From positions 20,053 to 84,052 of the forward strand of contig CAZMHI010000004.1 of assembly GCA_964566055.1 (NCBI GenBank): a DNA stretch of 64,000 nucleotides, in the 5' to 3' direction. The notes below the pieces were generated by a model that saw only the letters and a list, made by a program, of their open reading frames with translations, was not told where the DNA came from and ran no database searches. The position numbers were made by a program, and so were the translations under genes. This document shows positions 1-8,429 of this stretch, piece by piece. How positions within the stretch are numbered: position 1 is the first letter of the stretch; every line of letters starts with the position of its first letter. The DNA is from an uncultured Rhodospirillaceae bacterium. Its GTDB lineage: Bacteria; Pseudomonadota; Alphaproteobacteria; Rhodospirillales; UBA2165.

Positions 1-778
1 GAGGAGAATTATAGGTGCCGCCAGACAAGATAACCTCTCCGGTTGCCGTAGCCTCTTTGATTTCTCCTTGGTGGAGGTAGCGCACACCAACGGCACGCCG
101 ATTTTCGGTTAGAACTTTATGTGCATGGGCGCGGGTGAGTACTGTTAAATTGGCGCGTTTCGCTGCCGGGCGTAAAAAAGCCCGGGCAGTTGATGAGCGT
201 CTGCCATGTCCGATCGTCATATCCGGTCGGGCCAGTCCTTCAGGATCGATGCCGTTGAAATCTTCGGTTATCGGTACACCAATTTTTTCAGCAGCCTCGT
301 GTAAAAGTTTATGTAAGGGATTTTTTACGCCACTTGGCGAAACTTTTAATGGCCCGCTGCCGCCATGAAAATCGCTGTCTCCACCCCAATGTCTCTCTGA
401 TCTCTTGAAATAAGGCAGCACATCTTGATAGCTCCATCCTTTCAAGCCCGACTGGTGCCATTGATCGTAGTCACTCGGATGTCCCCGGGCGTAAATCATC
501 GCATTAACAGATGACGTGCCGCCAAGAAGCTTTCCTCTGGGAGGTTCAAACACCCGATTGTTGCAATAAGGTTCAGGCTCAGTTTTGATGTTCCACAGAA
601 ATTTATTTGGGCCGACCGATACTTTTGGCATCGCCAGCGGAATGTGGATGAAAGGGTGCCGGTCTGGGCCGCCAGATTCCAATAACAAAACGCTATTGCT
701 TGAGTCCTCACTTAACCGGTTAGCCAATACACAGCCCGCTGAACCTGCTCCGATGATGATGTAGTCAAAGGAAATCAT
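1..778 (-). CDS. GMC-family FAD oxidoreductase (choline/alcohol dehydrogenase-like), N-terminal ~259 aa; the 3' end lies beyond the window start
   Basis: Absent from the ORF track because it runs off the edge. Reverse-strand translation from ATG (776-778) reads MISFDYIIIGAGSAGCVLANRLSEDSSNSVLLLESGGPD...GKLLGGTSSVNAMIYARG. That is a GxGxxG FAD fold plus the GMC signature. The frame is open to position 1. Confidence 0.85.
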   Translation of the reverse strand, partial: MISFDYIIIGAGSAGCVLANRLSEDSSNSVLLLESGGPDRHPFIHIPLAMPKVSVGPNKFLWNIKTEPEPYCNNRVFEPPRGKLLGGTSSVNAMIYARGHPSDYDQWHQSGLKGWSYQDVLPYFKRSERHWGGDSDFHGGSGPLKVSPSGVKNPLHKLLHEAAEKIGVPITEDFNGIDPEGLARPDMTIGHGRRSSTARAFLRPAAKRANLTVLTRAHAHKVLTENRRAVGVRYLHQGEIKEATATGEVILSGGTYNSP

Positions 779-792
779 GTAGTTCCGCCACT

Positions 793-1470
793 TTAATCCA
801 GTTGAGGTGCTTCAAGCGCTTTCCAATCTGCCGATTGTTGAAGAGGGGCGCCGGTCTTGTCTTGCAATTCTTCAAATGAAAGCTCTGCGATATGTTCCAG
901 AACAACCAAGCCTGCTAGCGTCACTTCAATGATCGCGAGATCGGTATAAATCCGATCAACACAAGCGAGGCCGGTTAAGGGCAGGGTGCACTTTTCGACT
1001 ATTTTAGGCCCACCGTCCCGGGCGTTATGATCGGTTAAGACAAACACGCGCTTGGCGCCGACAGCTAAATCCATTGCCCCGCCAACTGTTGGTGTGCGGA
1101 CGCCATCGCCCAAATTCCAATTCGCCAGATCACCATTGGCGGCAACTTGAAAAGCGCCGAGGGCGCAAATATCGATATGACCGCCCCTGATCATGGCGAA
1201 GGAGTCAGCATGGTGAAAATAACTGCCGCCTGGCAGCAGCGTAGTGGCCATGGTGCCGGCATTAACCAGTTCCCAATCCTCCTCGCCTTCCTTGGCGGGC
1301 GGGCCCATGCCAAGCAGACCGTTCTCGCTGTGCAGGATAACCTCGCGTTCCTCAGGAATAAAATTTGGAATACCGAGCGGCATGCCGATGCCGAGATTGA
1401 CAATCGCGCCATCTGGGATGTCTTGAGCTGCCCGCCAGGCAATTTGAGGTCGTGAAAGAGGGTGCGTCAT
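793..1470 (-). CDS. Family I CoA-transferase, subunit B (3-oxoacid/3-oxoadipate CoA-transferase beta-like)
   Basis: 225-aa ORF. The N-terminal region (IAWRAAQDIPDGAIVNLGIGMP...ILHSENGLLGMGP) is typical of B subunits. It overlaps the A-subunit gene by 4 nt. Confidence 0.85.
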   Translation of the reverse strand: MTHPLSRPQIAWRAAQDIPDGAIVNLGIGMPLGIPNFIPEEREVILHSENGLLGMGPPAKEGEEDWELVNAGTMATTLLPGGSYFHHADSFAMIRGGHIDICALGAFQVAANGDLANWNLGDGVRTPTVGGAMDLAVGAKRVFVLTDHNARDGGPKIVEKCTLPLTGLACVDRIYTDLAIIEVTLAGLVVLEHIAELSFEELQDKTGAPLQQSADWKALEAPQLD

Positions 1471-2156
1471 GGTTCACCATATAGCGTTGCCGGGATTTCG
1501 ACTTTGATGACCCGGTCAACGAAAATGCCAGGGGTCGCAATTCTTTCAGGGTCGAGTTCGCCAAGCTCGGCTATTTCTTCGACCTGGACGATGGTTAGCT
1601 CTGCCGCCATCGCCATAATCGGATTAAAGTTACGGCAGGATTTGACATATTCCAAATTACCCCAGCGATCAGCCCGTTTGGCCATAATGAGGGCAACATC
1701 GGCCTTAATAGCCCGTTCAAAAACGTATTCCCTGCCGTCAATTTCACGGGTTTCCTTACCCTCCGCCAAGGGAGTACCAAAAGCTGTGCCGGTATAAAAT
1801 CCGGGAATGCCTGCGCCTCCCGCTCGAATACGTTCGGCTAGCGTTCCTTGCGGCACCACCTCCAACTCAATATTTTCTGTTGGAGTTCCGGCATCAAATA
1901 TTGTCGTCCCGGGACCGCGCGGAAACGAAGCAATATATTTATCGACACAGCCGGCGGTAATTATCCGGCCTTGACCAAAATCCTCGGCGACAACGCCATT
2001 GCCTATGAGGGTCAGTCCTTTGAGCTGGCGCTCCATGAGGCCATGTATTAGATCGTTTGGTGAGCCTGCATCACCGAACCCGCCCGCCATAATAGTCATG
2101 CCATCGGCAATTCCAGCCAAAGCCTCGGTGAGATTAGATACCTGCTTGTTGATCAT
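1467..2156 (-). CDS. Family I CoA-transferase, subunit A
   Basis: 229-aa ORF beginning MINKQVSNLTEALAGIADGMTIMAGGFGDAGSPNDLI, typical of ScoA/PcaI/AtoD-type A subunits. Stop and start overlap with subunit B. Confidence 0.85.
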   Translation of the reverse strand: MINKQVSNLTEALAGIADGMTIMAGGFGDAGSPNDLIHGLMERQLKGLTLIGNGVVAEDFGQGRIITAGCVDKYIASFPRGPGTTIFDAGTPTENIELEVVPQGTLAERIRAGGAGIPGFYTGTAFGTPLAEGKETREIDGREYVFERAIKADVALIMAKRADRWGNLEYVKSCRNFNPIMAMAAELTIVQVEEIAELGELDPERIATPGIFVDRVIKVEIPATLYGEP

Positions 2157-2246
2157 AATATATACGGCTAACCTAAATTGAAGCGCGAGTTTATAGCCTC
2201 AGTGAATGAAGGCAATACCGGTCAAAAAAGACGGGAGGAAAAATAC

Positions 2247-3179
2247 ATGAAGGCTATGGTGATGCACGAGTTTGGCGGTCCGGAAGTCCTAAAACTCGAA
2301 GATGTGCCAGTACCGGAGATTGCCGACGGTGAAGTTTTGGTTGATGTCAAAGCCGTTGGTCTTAATCCCATTGACTATGTGGCGCGGACTAATGGCGGCC
2401 CCATGCGGAATAGTTTAGAGCAAGCCCTGCCGGCGATTTTAGGCTGGGATATTGCTGGTACAGTCAGTGAAACCAAGTCGGATCAGTTTCAAGCGGGAGA
2501 CCGGATATTTGCGCTCTCGAAGTTTCCCTATGTTGCTGGCGGCTATGCTGAGTTTGCCGCTGTGCCAGCCGGTGAAGCCGTCGCCATGCCGGCAAATCTC
2601 AGTTTTGAACAAGCTGCCGCCGTGCCGCTGGCTGCTCTTACCGCCTGGCAGGCCTTGGTTCAGACAGCGGATGTTCAAGCGGGTCAGAGCGTGCTTGTCC
2701 ATGCCGCTGCTGGTGGTGTCGGGCATTTCGCCGTCCAGATTGCCAAACACAAAGGCGCTTATATCATCGGCACGGCGTCAGCACGTAATACAGATTTTCT
2801 GAAGGGGCTCGGTATCGATGAAGTTGTTGATTACTCATCGCAAAATGTCGCCGAGGTGGTTTCTGATGTGGATATTGTGCTTCATGCCCTGCCGCCGGAT
2901 TTACGTGAAGGTGTTTCCTGGCCCTGCCTGAAAGAAAGCGGTTTGCTGCTTTCTTTGCTGGGTCCGGTGCCTGAGGAAGAAACAGCCAAATACAAGACGC
3001 GCGCAGCACAGATCGGGGTCCGCCCAAATCAGGCTCAATTGAAGGAAATTGCTGAACTGCTGGAAGATGGCACCTTTAAAGTTACGCTCGACAAGACCTA
3101 CCCACTGGAAGAAGTCGGCGCTGCTCATATCCAAATCGCAGAACGTCACACCCGCGGCAAGGTCGTGCTAACAGTTTAA
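2247..3179 (+). CDS. Medium-chain dehydrogenase/reductase, NADPH:quinone oxidoreductase-like
   Basis: The ORF track starts at 2178. I prefer ATG 2247, preceded by GGGAGGA (2233-2239), giving MKAMVMHEFGGPEVLKLEDVPVPEIADGEVLVDVKAVGLNPID plus the Rossmann motif AAAGGVGHFAVQIAK. Confidence 0.8.
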   Translation: MKAMVMHEFGGPEVLKLEDVPVPEIADGEVLVDVKAVGLNPIDYVARTNGGPMRNSLEQALPAILGWDIAGTVSETKSDQFQAGDRIFALSKFPYVAGGYAEFAAVPAGEAVAMPANLSFEQAAAVPLAALTAWQALVQTADVQAGQSVLVHAAAGGVGHFAVQIAKHKGAYIIGTASARNTDFLKGLGIDEVVDYSSQNVAEVVSDVDIVLHALPPDLREGVSWPCLKESGLLLSLLGPVPEEETAKYKTRAAQIGVRPNQAQLKEIAELLEDGTFKVTLDKTYPLEEVGAAHIQIAERHTRGKVVLTV

Positions 3180-3198
3180 TAGTATTGAGGAATAGTCG

Positions 3199-4209
3199 AT
3201 GAAAATTGCTACTGAAGAAGCCTTCACCACCCCGGAATTGGTTAAAGGGTGGAAAGAATTGTTGGATGCTGGATCACCCGCTGAGCCTGGTTTGCCGTTA
3301 TTAGCCGGTCTCTATCAAAATATGGAAATTGAGCGATCTTCCGAAGTTGCAATTAATTTGGCCGATCTCGGTGAGGGACGTATCGCCCATATGGATGAAG
3401 CCGGCGTTGATATGCAGGTAATTTTTATCACCGCCCCTGGTGTCCAGGTGTTTGATGCGGACACCGGTTGTGGCCTGGCTGAGAACGCCAACGATATTCT
3501 GGCCGAAGCCATCAAAACTCACCCGAGCAGATTTGCCGGGCTGGCCGCTATTGCGCCGCAAGCACCCGAACGCGCTGCCCGAGAATTGGAGCGGGCCGTT
3601 GGCTTGGGTCTTAAAGGCGCTGTTGTTAACTCTCATACCAAAGGACAATATCTTGATGCGCCGGAGTTTTGGCCGATCTTAGAGGCCGCTGAAAGTCTGG
3701 ATGTGCCTATTTATATTCATCCGCGGGAATCGGCTCCGGCGATGCTGACGCCTTTTGCCGAACGGCATCTGGAGAAAGCGATGTGGGGGTTTCAAACTGA
3801 AGTTGGTCTTCATGCCTTACGCATGATCGTCTCCGGCGTGTTTGATAGATTTCCCAAATTACAAATCGGCATCGGTCATTTAGGGGAGGGTATCCCCTTC
3901 TGGCTCGACCGTCAGGACAGATTTTATCTCCGCTACCGCCAAGCTCCCGATGCCTATCCACATTTTAAGGCCGAGCATGTGCCGAGCAAGTATTTTCTGG
4001 AAAATTTCTTCGTGACGACGAGCGGGCACAATTGGGATCCGGCGCTGCGATTTGTCGAAGAAGTGATTGGCGAAGATCGTCTGTTGTTTGCCGTCGATTA
4101 TCCGTATGAAAATTGTGTGCAGCAAACCGAACAAGCAGACGCAGTCACGGTAAAAAATCCGGATAAATTCTATCACTTGAACGCTAAGAAATTTTTTAAA
4201 CTCGATTAA
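3199..4209 (+). CDS. Amidohydrolase-2 (ACMSD/LigW-like) family protein, probable non-oxidative aromatic-acid decarboxylase or hydratase
   Basis: 336-aa ORF with N-terminal KIATEEAF and C-terminal FAVDYPYE motifs characteristic of the metal-dependent amidohydrolase_2 decarboxylase family. RBS GAGGAA lies upstream. Confidence 0.7.
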   Translation: MKIATEEAFTTPELVKGWKELLDAGSPAEPGLPLLAGLYQNMEIERSSEVAINLADLGEGRIAHMDEAGVDMQVIFITAPGVQVFDADTGCGLAENANDILAEAIKTHPSRFAGLAAIAPQAPERAARELERAVGLGLKGAVVNSHTKGQYLDAPEFWPILEAAESLDVPIYIHPRESAPAMLTPFAERHLEKAMWGFQTEVGLHALRMIVSGVFDRFPKLQIGIGHLGEGIPFWLDRQDRFYLRYRQAPDAYPHFKAEHVPSKYFLENFFVTTSGHNWDPALRFVEEVIGEDRLLFAVDYPYENCVQQTEQADAVTVKNPDKFYHLNAKKFFKLD

Positions 4210-5993
4210 AGTGATTGGATCGTTTCGGATTTTTTTAACCGGTAGGCCAGTTGCGGGCGAGTGAGGCCGAGCGTGCGGGCCGCTTGGGCAAGGTTGCCGT
4301 TAGCCCGCGCCACCGCTTCTTTCAGCAATTGTCCTTCCATTTCACCAAGTGGAATGCCGCGATCAAGAAAGCGGTCGAGCAAGTCAACATGCTCGGCTGC
4401 TTCAGCGCTCTCAGTATCTTGCTGTAAATTTCCGGTCTCATTGAGTGTCATCATTATCTCCGGAATCCTGCGGGCATCGGCAAACAGATCGGCGACATCG
4501 ATTGGCTGGTCTGAATCAACCAATATAACGGCCCGCTCGATCAGATTTTCCAATTCACGGACATTGCCGGGATAGTCATACTCATAAAGCGCATCAACAG
4601 CCTGCTCGGTAAAGCCAGGTACGGTGCGGCTGTGAGCGCTGGTGTAGCGTTGGAGAAAATGTCCCATCAATAGCGGGATGTCATCGCGGCGTTCGCGCAG
4701 GGGCGGAATATTGACCGGAAATACGTTGAGCCGGAACAATAAGTCCTCGCGAAATTGCTTGTCCCGCACTTTGTCGTCGAGACTTTCATTGGTCGCGGCG
4801 ACAATACGCACATTTGCCTTTCGCACCGTAGTGCCGCCAACCCGCTCGATTTCTTTCTCTTGTAAGGCCCGCAATAGCTTGATCTGAACCTGCAGATTAA
4901 GCGAGCCGATCTCATCTAAAAATAACGTGCCGCCTTCGGCGCGTTCGAAACGGCCGGGGCGTGATGCAACCGCACCGGTATAAGCGCCTTTCTCAACTCC
5001 GAAGAGCTCGGCCTCTACCAGGTTTTCCGGAATAGCGGCGCAGTTAACGGCGATGAAGGGTTTATCCGCGCGCGGTCCAATGCGATGAAGGGTGCGGGCG
5101 AAAATTTCTTTACCAACACCAGTTTCCCCCAAGAATAAAACCGTCGCGTCTGTGTCGGAGACTTTCTGGATCAGATGGCAGGTGGCGTTAAATCCTGGTG
5201 AGGCGCCAATGAGGTCATCGGCAAAGCGATCAGCCTCGGCAGTGTTTTCAACCGGCGTAATAGTTTTGCTTTGGCTGGAGCGGCGATTGGCAAAGGCTTC
5301 CGGCTGGAGGGCTCTCAACTCGGTTTCAATATCATCCCAGTCCTCAACCGGTTTGCCGATGATGCGGCAATGCGGCCCGCTGGCGGCGCGGCATTCAACT
5401 TCTTTAAACACCACCGAGCGGCCCATAAAAGTACTGGCATAACCGCTCGAATAGCCGCTTTGCATCCAACAGACCGCTTCATGGGTTAGGCCGTAGGTCG
5501 CAATATGGGTGTCGGCCTCGTAGGATTCCGGAAAAGTCGCTTCGGAATAAAAATGACCGTTACGTACGTCGATCTCAAACTTTACGGGCTCAAGTGCCGT
5601 CACACCTTGCAGTTTACGCAATTGCGGTCCGACGGCATAGGCATCACGTGTGGTGTGGTGAGGCCGCAGTTTGCGGGCGATATTGGCATCACGCGAACCG
5701 GAAGCGTAACCCATGCGCGTGAAAAAGCCGCGCGCTTCGTCAAGGCCTAGCTTGTCGATCATTTCGGCCCGCAAGGAAGCCAGCGTTGACAAATGGATCA
5801 GGGCTACTCGTTGAGTGTCGAGCCAGATGCGGCCGTTATTTAGAGAAAACCGGAGCCTGGAAACCAGATCGCTGAGATCTTCCGAATGATGCTCATCTTC
5901 CAACTGAGGTTCGATCAGCCGTCCTGTGGTCAATCTGGCTGCATCCGCCTGGCTGATAATCTCATCTGGACCGCCGGTAATTTGATCCGCCAT
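4206..5993 (-). CDS. Sigma-54-dependent transcriptional activator with an XylR_N/V4R aromatic-sensing domain (DmpR/MopR/XylR type)
   Basis: 595 aa. The N-terminus reads GRIWLDTQRVALIHLSTLASLRAEM...GYASGSRDA (XylR_N). The V4R region has C-x22-E-x2-C-x7-C. AAA+ motifs are Walker A GETGVGKE and GAYTGA (a GAFTGA variant). The C-terminal Fis-type HTH reads NLAQAARTLGLTRPQLAYRLKK. Confidence 0.9.
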   Translation of the reverse strand: MADQITGGPDEIISQADAARLTTGRLIEPQLEDEHHSEDLSDLVSRLRFSLNNGRIWLDTQRVALIHLSTLASLRAEMIDKLGLDEARGFFTRMGYASGSRDANIARKLRPHHTTRDAYAVGPQLRKLQGVTALEPVKFEIDVRNGHFYSEATFPESYEADTHIATYGLTHEAVCWMQSGYSSGYASTFMGRSVVFKEVECRAASGPHCRIIGKPVEDWDDIETELRALQPEAFANRRSSQSKTITPVENTAEADRFADDLIGASPGFNATCHLIQKVSDTDATVLFLGETGVGKEIFARTLHRIGPRADKPFIAVNCAAIPENLVEAELFGVEKGAYTGAVASRPGRFERAEGGTLFLDEIGSLNLQVQIKLLRALQEKEIERVGGTTVRKANVRIVAATNESLDDKVRDKQFREDLLFRLNVFPVNIPPLRERRDDIPLLMGHFLQRYTSAHSRTVPGFTEQAVDALYEYDYPGNVRELENLIERAVILVDSDQPIDVADLFADARRIPEIMMTLNETGNLQQDTESAEAAEHVDLLDRFLDRGIPLGEMEGQLLKEAVARANGNLAQAARTLGLTRPQLAYRLKKSETIQSL

Positions 5994-6070
5994 AGCACTC
6001 TCCGGAATTAGATGTAGAATCTATTCAATTGATTAAATCCTTACATTTTTTGTGGCTATTGGCAAATTAG

Positions 6071-6156
6071 ATTTGATCATTTGATAAACTATTTGATCAA
6101 TTAGTAATGTTACTAATTCTCATTTGATGAATTTAGTGCCTTTAGAATTAGATCAA
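6071..6156. promoter_or_regulatory. Candidate upstream activating sequences (repeated TTGAT[C/G]A half-sites and a palindrome) for the sigma-54 activator
   Basis: ATTTGATCA occurs at 6071-6079 and 6091-6099, ATTTGATGA at 6122-6130, and an inverted TTGATC at 6151-6156. A 7-2-7 palindrome TTAGTAA-TG-TTACTAA sits at 6101-6116. The sites lie 85-170 bp upstream of the -24/-12 box in AT-rich DNA. Confidence 0.4.
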
Positions 6157-6240
6157 TCAAAAAGCTAACTTCCTTGAATCAGGCTGCTTTTCAAATCAGC
6201 GAAAAATTAAACCACATTAAAAATCTCTAATACGTGAATC

Positions 6241-6256
6241 TGGCACGCTCCTTGCG
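6241..6256 (+). promoter_or_regulatory. Sigma-54 (-24/-12) promoter
   Basis: TGGCAC-GCTCC-TTGC matches the TGGCAC-N5-TTGC consensus exactly. It faces the operon starting at 6532 and is divergent from the sigma-54 activator gene. Confidence 0.7.
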
Positions 6257-6531
6257 ATTACGCTCCTAAGCATAAGCAGGGGGTGCGACCCGAGAATAGA
6301 ATATAAAAATTGAATAAAAAGTTTTGGTTAAAGGGGACACCAGCCGACCGGTGAACTAATGGTTGGTTGTCTCGGATATCTCAGCACTAGCAGGCGCGTT
6401 CGCATCTGCAACTCCTGTTTAAACCGATGGTTATAGAGCCAATAAATTGGCCGCCATGAAACTACTGAACATTCGGCTCTGCCGGATAGAAGTTTAACAG
6501 GAAGTAATTAACCCTAGCTGGGAGATTAAAC

Positions 6532-8364
6532 ATGTCTAAAAGTTTTCTAAATCCCCATGAAATCGAGGCCATACCCGGTACCGAAGGATGGGAACGGATG
6601 TATCCGTACCAATATCAATTCGTAACGGATGATCCGGAACGAAAAAAATACGAAGAAGAAACTTTCTGGTTCTATGACGGGTTGCATTACCCGGAACCGC
6701 TTTATCCGTTTGATACCATTTGGGATGAAGCCTGGTATCTGGCTTTATCACAATACAATACGCGCATTTTCTCATTGCCGCCGGTCTACGGTGTCGATCA
6801 CCGTATGATCAATGGCTACGTCTATATCTCACCCGTGCCGGTCACCGACCCCTCGGTCGTCGAGGCGCGTGTTCCCGATTTCATGGAACGCGCCGGTTAT
6901 TACTATCAAAACTGGGATGAGCTTGAGGCCAAATGGGAAGAGAAAATGAAAGGCACCATTGCCGAATTGGAGGCTTTGGAAATCGCCGCTCTACCCGATT
7001 TGGAAGAAAAAGGTGTAGTTGATGAGGCGATTGGCGAATCCAAGGGCTATCATCTGCTCAAATCCTATGACGATCTGATCGACCTTGGTATTCGCTGCTG
7101 GCAGTACCATTTCGAGTTCTTGAATTTGGGTTATGCGGCTTATGTCACTTTCATGGGACATTGCCAAAAGTTGTTCCCGGATATTCCGCCACAACGCGTT
7201 ACCCAAATGATATCGGGTATCGATGTGATCATGTATCAGCCGGATGAGGAACTCAAAAACCTCGCCCGCAAAGCGGTTGAACTTGGTGTCGTGGAAGCCG
7301 TCAAATTCAGCAATTCTTTTGATGAAGTCAAAGCCGGTCTGGAAAAAACCGATCCCGGTAAAGAATGGCTAGCTGCTTTGGAAAAAGCACGTTATCCGTG
7401 GTTCTATGTTTCGACCGGTACCGGCTGGTATCACCATGATCGCAGCTGGAACGATGATCTCGATGTTCCATTGGGTTCGATTGTCATTTATATCGAGAAA
7501 ATTATGGCCGGTGAAACCATCGACCGTCCCATGGAGCAGGTTCAACAGGAACGTGACCGCATCACCGCTGAGTATCGCGCGCTGATCGAAAACGAAGAAG
7601 ATCTGGGCGCCTTTGACGAATTGCTGCAAACCGCCAAAACTGTGTTCCCATACGTCGAAAACCATCTGTTCTATGTTGAGCATTGGTTCCATTCAGTGTT
7701 CTGGAACAAAGTGCGTGAAGTTGGCGAGATTATGAAAGCTCATGGTTTCATCAATGACGTCGAGGATATCTGGTATCTCAAACGGGGCGAAATTAAAGAC
7801 GCCTTGTGGGATCTCGTGACTGCTTGGGCGACCAATGTTAATCCTCGTGGTCCGGCAGTTTGGCCGAAAGAAATCGAAGAGCGTAAAGGCATCATGGCGA
7901 AGTTCCGTGAATGGTCTCCACCGCCAGCGATTGGTCCGGCTCCGGAAGTCATTCAAGAGCCGTTTACGGTTGTGCTCTGGGGCGTCACCAACGAGTCGCT
8001 TGAAAACTGGGCCGAAATCGATGAAGCCGCGGATATGGATAGCATTTCCGAATTCAAAGGCTTTGCCGGCAGTCCCGGTACGGTTGAAGGTAAAGCGCGG
8101 GTCTGCCGCACTGTTGCCGATATCGGTATGCTCGAAGAAGGCGAAATTCTGGTGGCCCCGACCACCTCGCCGTCCTGGGCTCCAGCTTTCACTAAGATCC
8201 AAGCCTGCGTCACGGACGTTGGTGGCGTGATGTGTCACGCAGCCATCGTCTGCCGTGAATATGGCGTGCCGGCGGTTGTCGGTACGGGTCATGCAACCAA
8301 GATCGTCAAGACGGGTCAAACCGTCCGGGTCAATGGTAGCACCGGTGAAATTTCCATCGTGTAA
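6532..8364 (+). CDS. PEP-utilising-enzyme family protein, phenylphosphate synthase alpha (PpsA)-like phosphohistidine carrier or substrate-binding subunit
   Basis: 610 aa. The C-terminal mobile domain carries GSPGTVEGKARV...LVAPTTSPSWAPAF...TDVGGVMCHAAIVCREYGVPAVVGT, the phosphohistidine signature. There is no ATP-grasp half. RBS GGGAG lies upstream. Confidence 0.7.
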   Translation: MSKSFLNPHEIEAIPGTEGWERMYPYQYQFVTDDPERKKYEEETFWFYDGLHYPEPLYPFDTIWDEAWYLALSQYNTRIFSLPPVYGVDHRMINGYVYISPVPVTDPSVVEARVPDFMERAGYYYQNWDELEAKWEEKMKGTIAELEALEIAALPDLEEKGVVDEAIGESKGYHLLKSYDDLIDLGIRCWQYHFEFLNLGYAAYVTFMGHCQKLFPDIPPQRVTQMISGIDVIMYQPDEELKNLARKAVELGVVEAVKFSNSFDEVKAGLEKTDPGKEWLAALEKARYPWFYVSTGTGWYHHDRSWNDDLDVPLGSIVIYIEKIMAGETIDRPMEQVQQERDRITAEYRALIENEEDLGAFDELLQTAKTVFPYVENHLFYVEHWFHSVFWNKVREVGEIMKAHGFINDVEDIWYLKRGEIKDALWDLVTAWATNVNPRGPAVWPKEIEERKGIMAKFREWSPPPAIGPAPEVIQEPFTVVLWGVTNESLENWAEIDEAADMDSISEFKGFAGSPGTVEGKARVCRTVADIGMLEEGEILVAPTTSPSWAPAFTKIQACVTDVGGVMCHAAIVCREYGVPAVVGTGHATKIVKTGQTVRVNGSTGEISIV

Positions 8365-8380
8365 GTAACCAACTGCTTGC

Positions 8381-8403
8381 CCACCCGGTCTTTGGCCGGG
8401 TGG
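8381..8403 (+). other. Intra-operon GC-rich hairpin (no T-tract)
   Basis: CCACCCGG-tctttgg-CCGGGTGG, a perfect 8-bp stem between the ppsA-like stop (8364) and the ppsB-like start (8430). Confidence 0.4.
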
Positions 8404-8429
8404 TGCGGGTGGTTAATTTGGAGGGATCG

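Noticed and set aside
2178-2246. Upstream-extended start codons proposed by the ORF track: 2178, 8400, 13069, 21971, 31956, 40662, 44124, 58919, 59985 and 62119.
   Set aside because: In each case an internal ATG is preceded by a better Shine-Dalgarno at 5-9 nt. It also removes overlap with the preceding gene or restores the family-typical N-terminus. The extended residues carry no conserved motif.
6257-6531. The long leader of the sigma-54 operon as a riboswitch or leader-peptide attenuator.
   Set aside because: I could not recognise any known riboswitch core. There is no convincing small ORF with an RBS and no terminator/antiterminator pair. It is reported only as an unexplained long leader.
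7693-8319. Long antisense or alternative-frame ORFs inside strong genes. Examples are 7693..8319(-), 11524..12162(-), 15939..16514(+), 24876..25352(-), 26142..26621(-), 31848..32630(-), 33965..34492(-), 35277..35891(-), 36673..37356(+) and 61117..61563(+).
   Set aside because: Each lies wholly within a longer ORF that has clear family motifs. Their translations are low-complexity (Arg-, Gly- or His-rich) with no recognisable domains and no RBS. They are typical shadow ORFs of GC-biased coding DNA.
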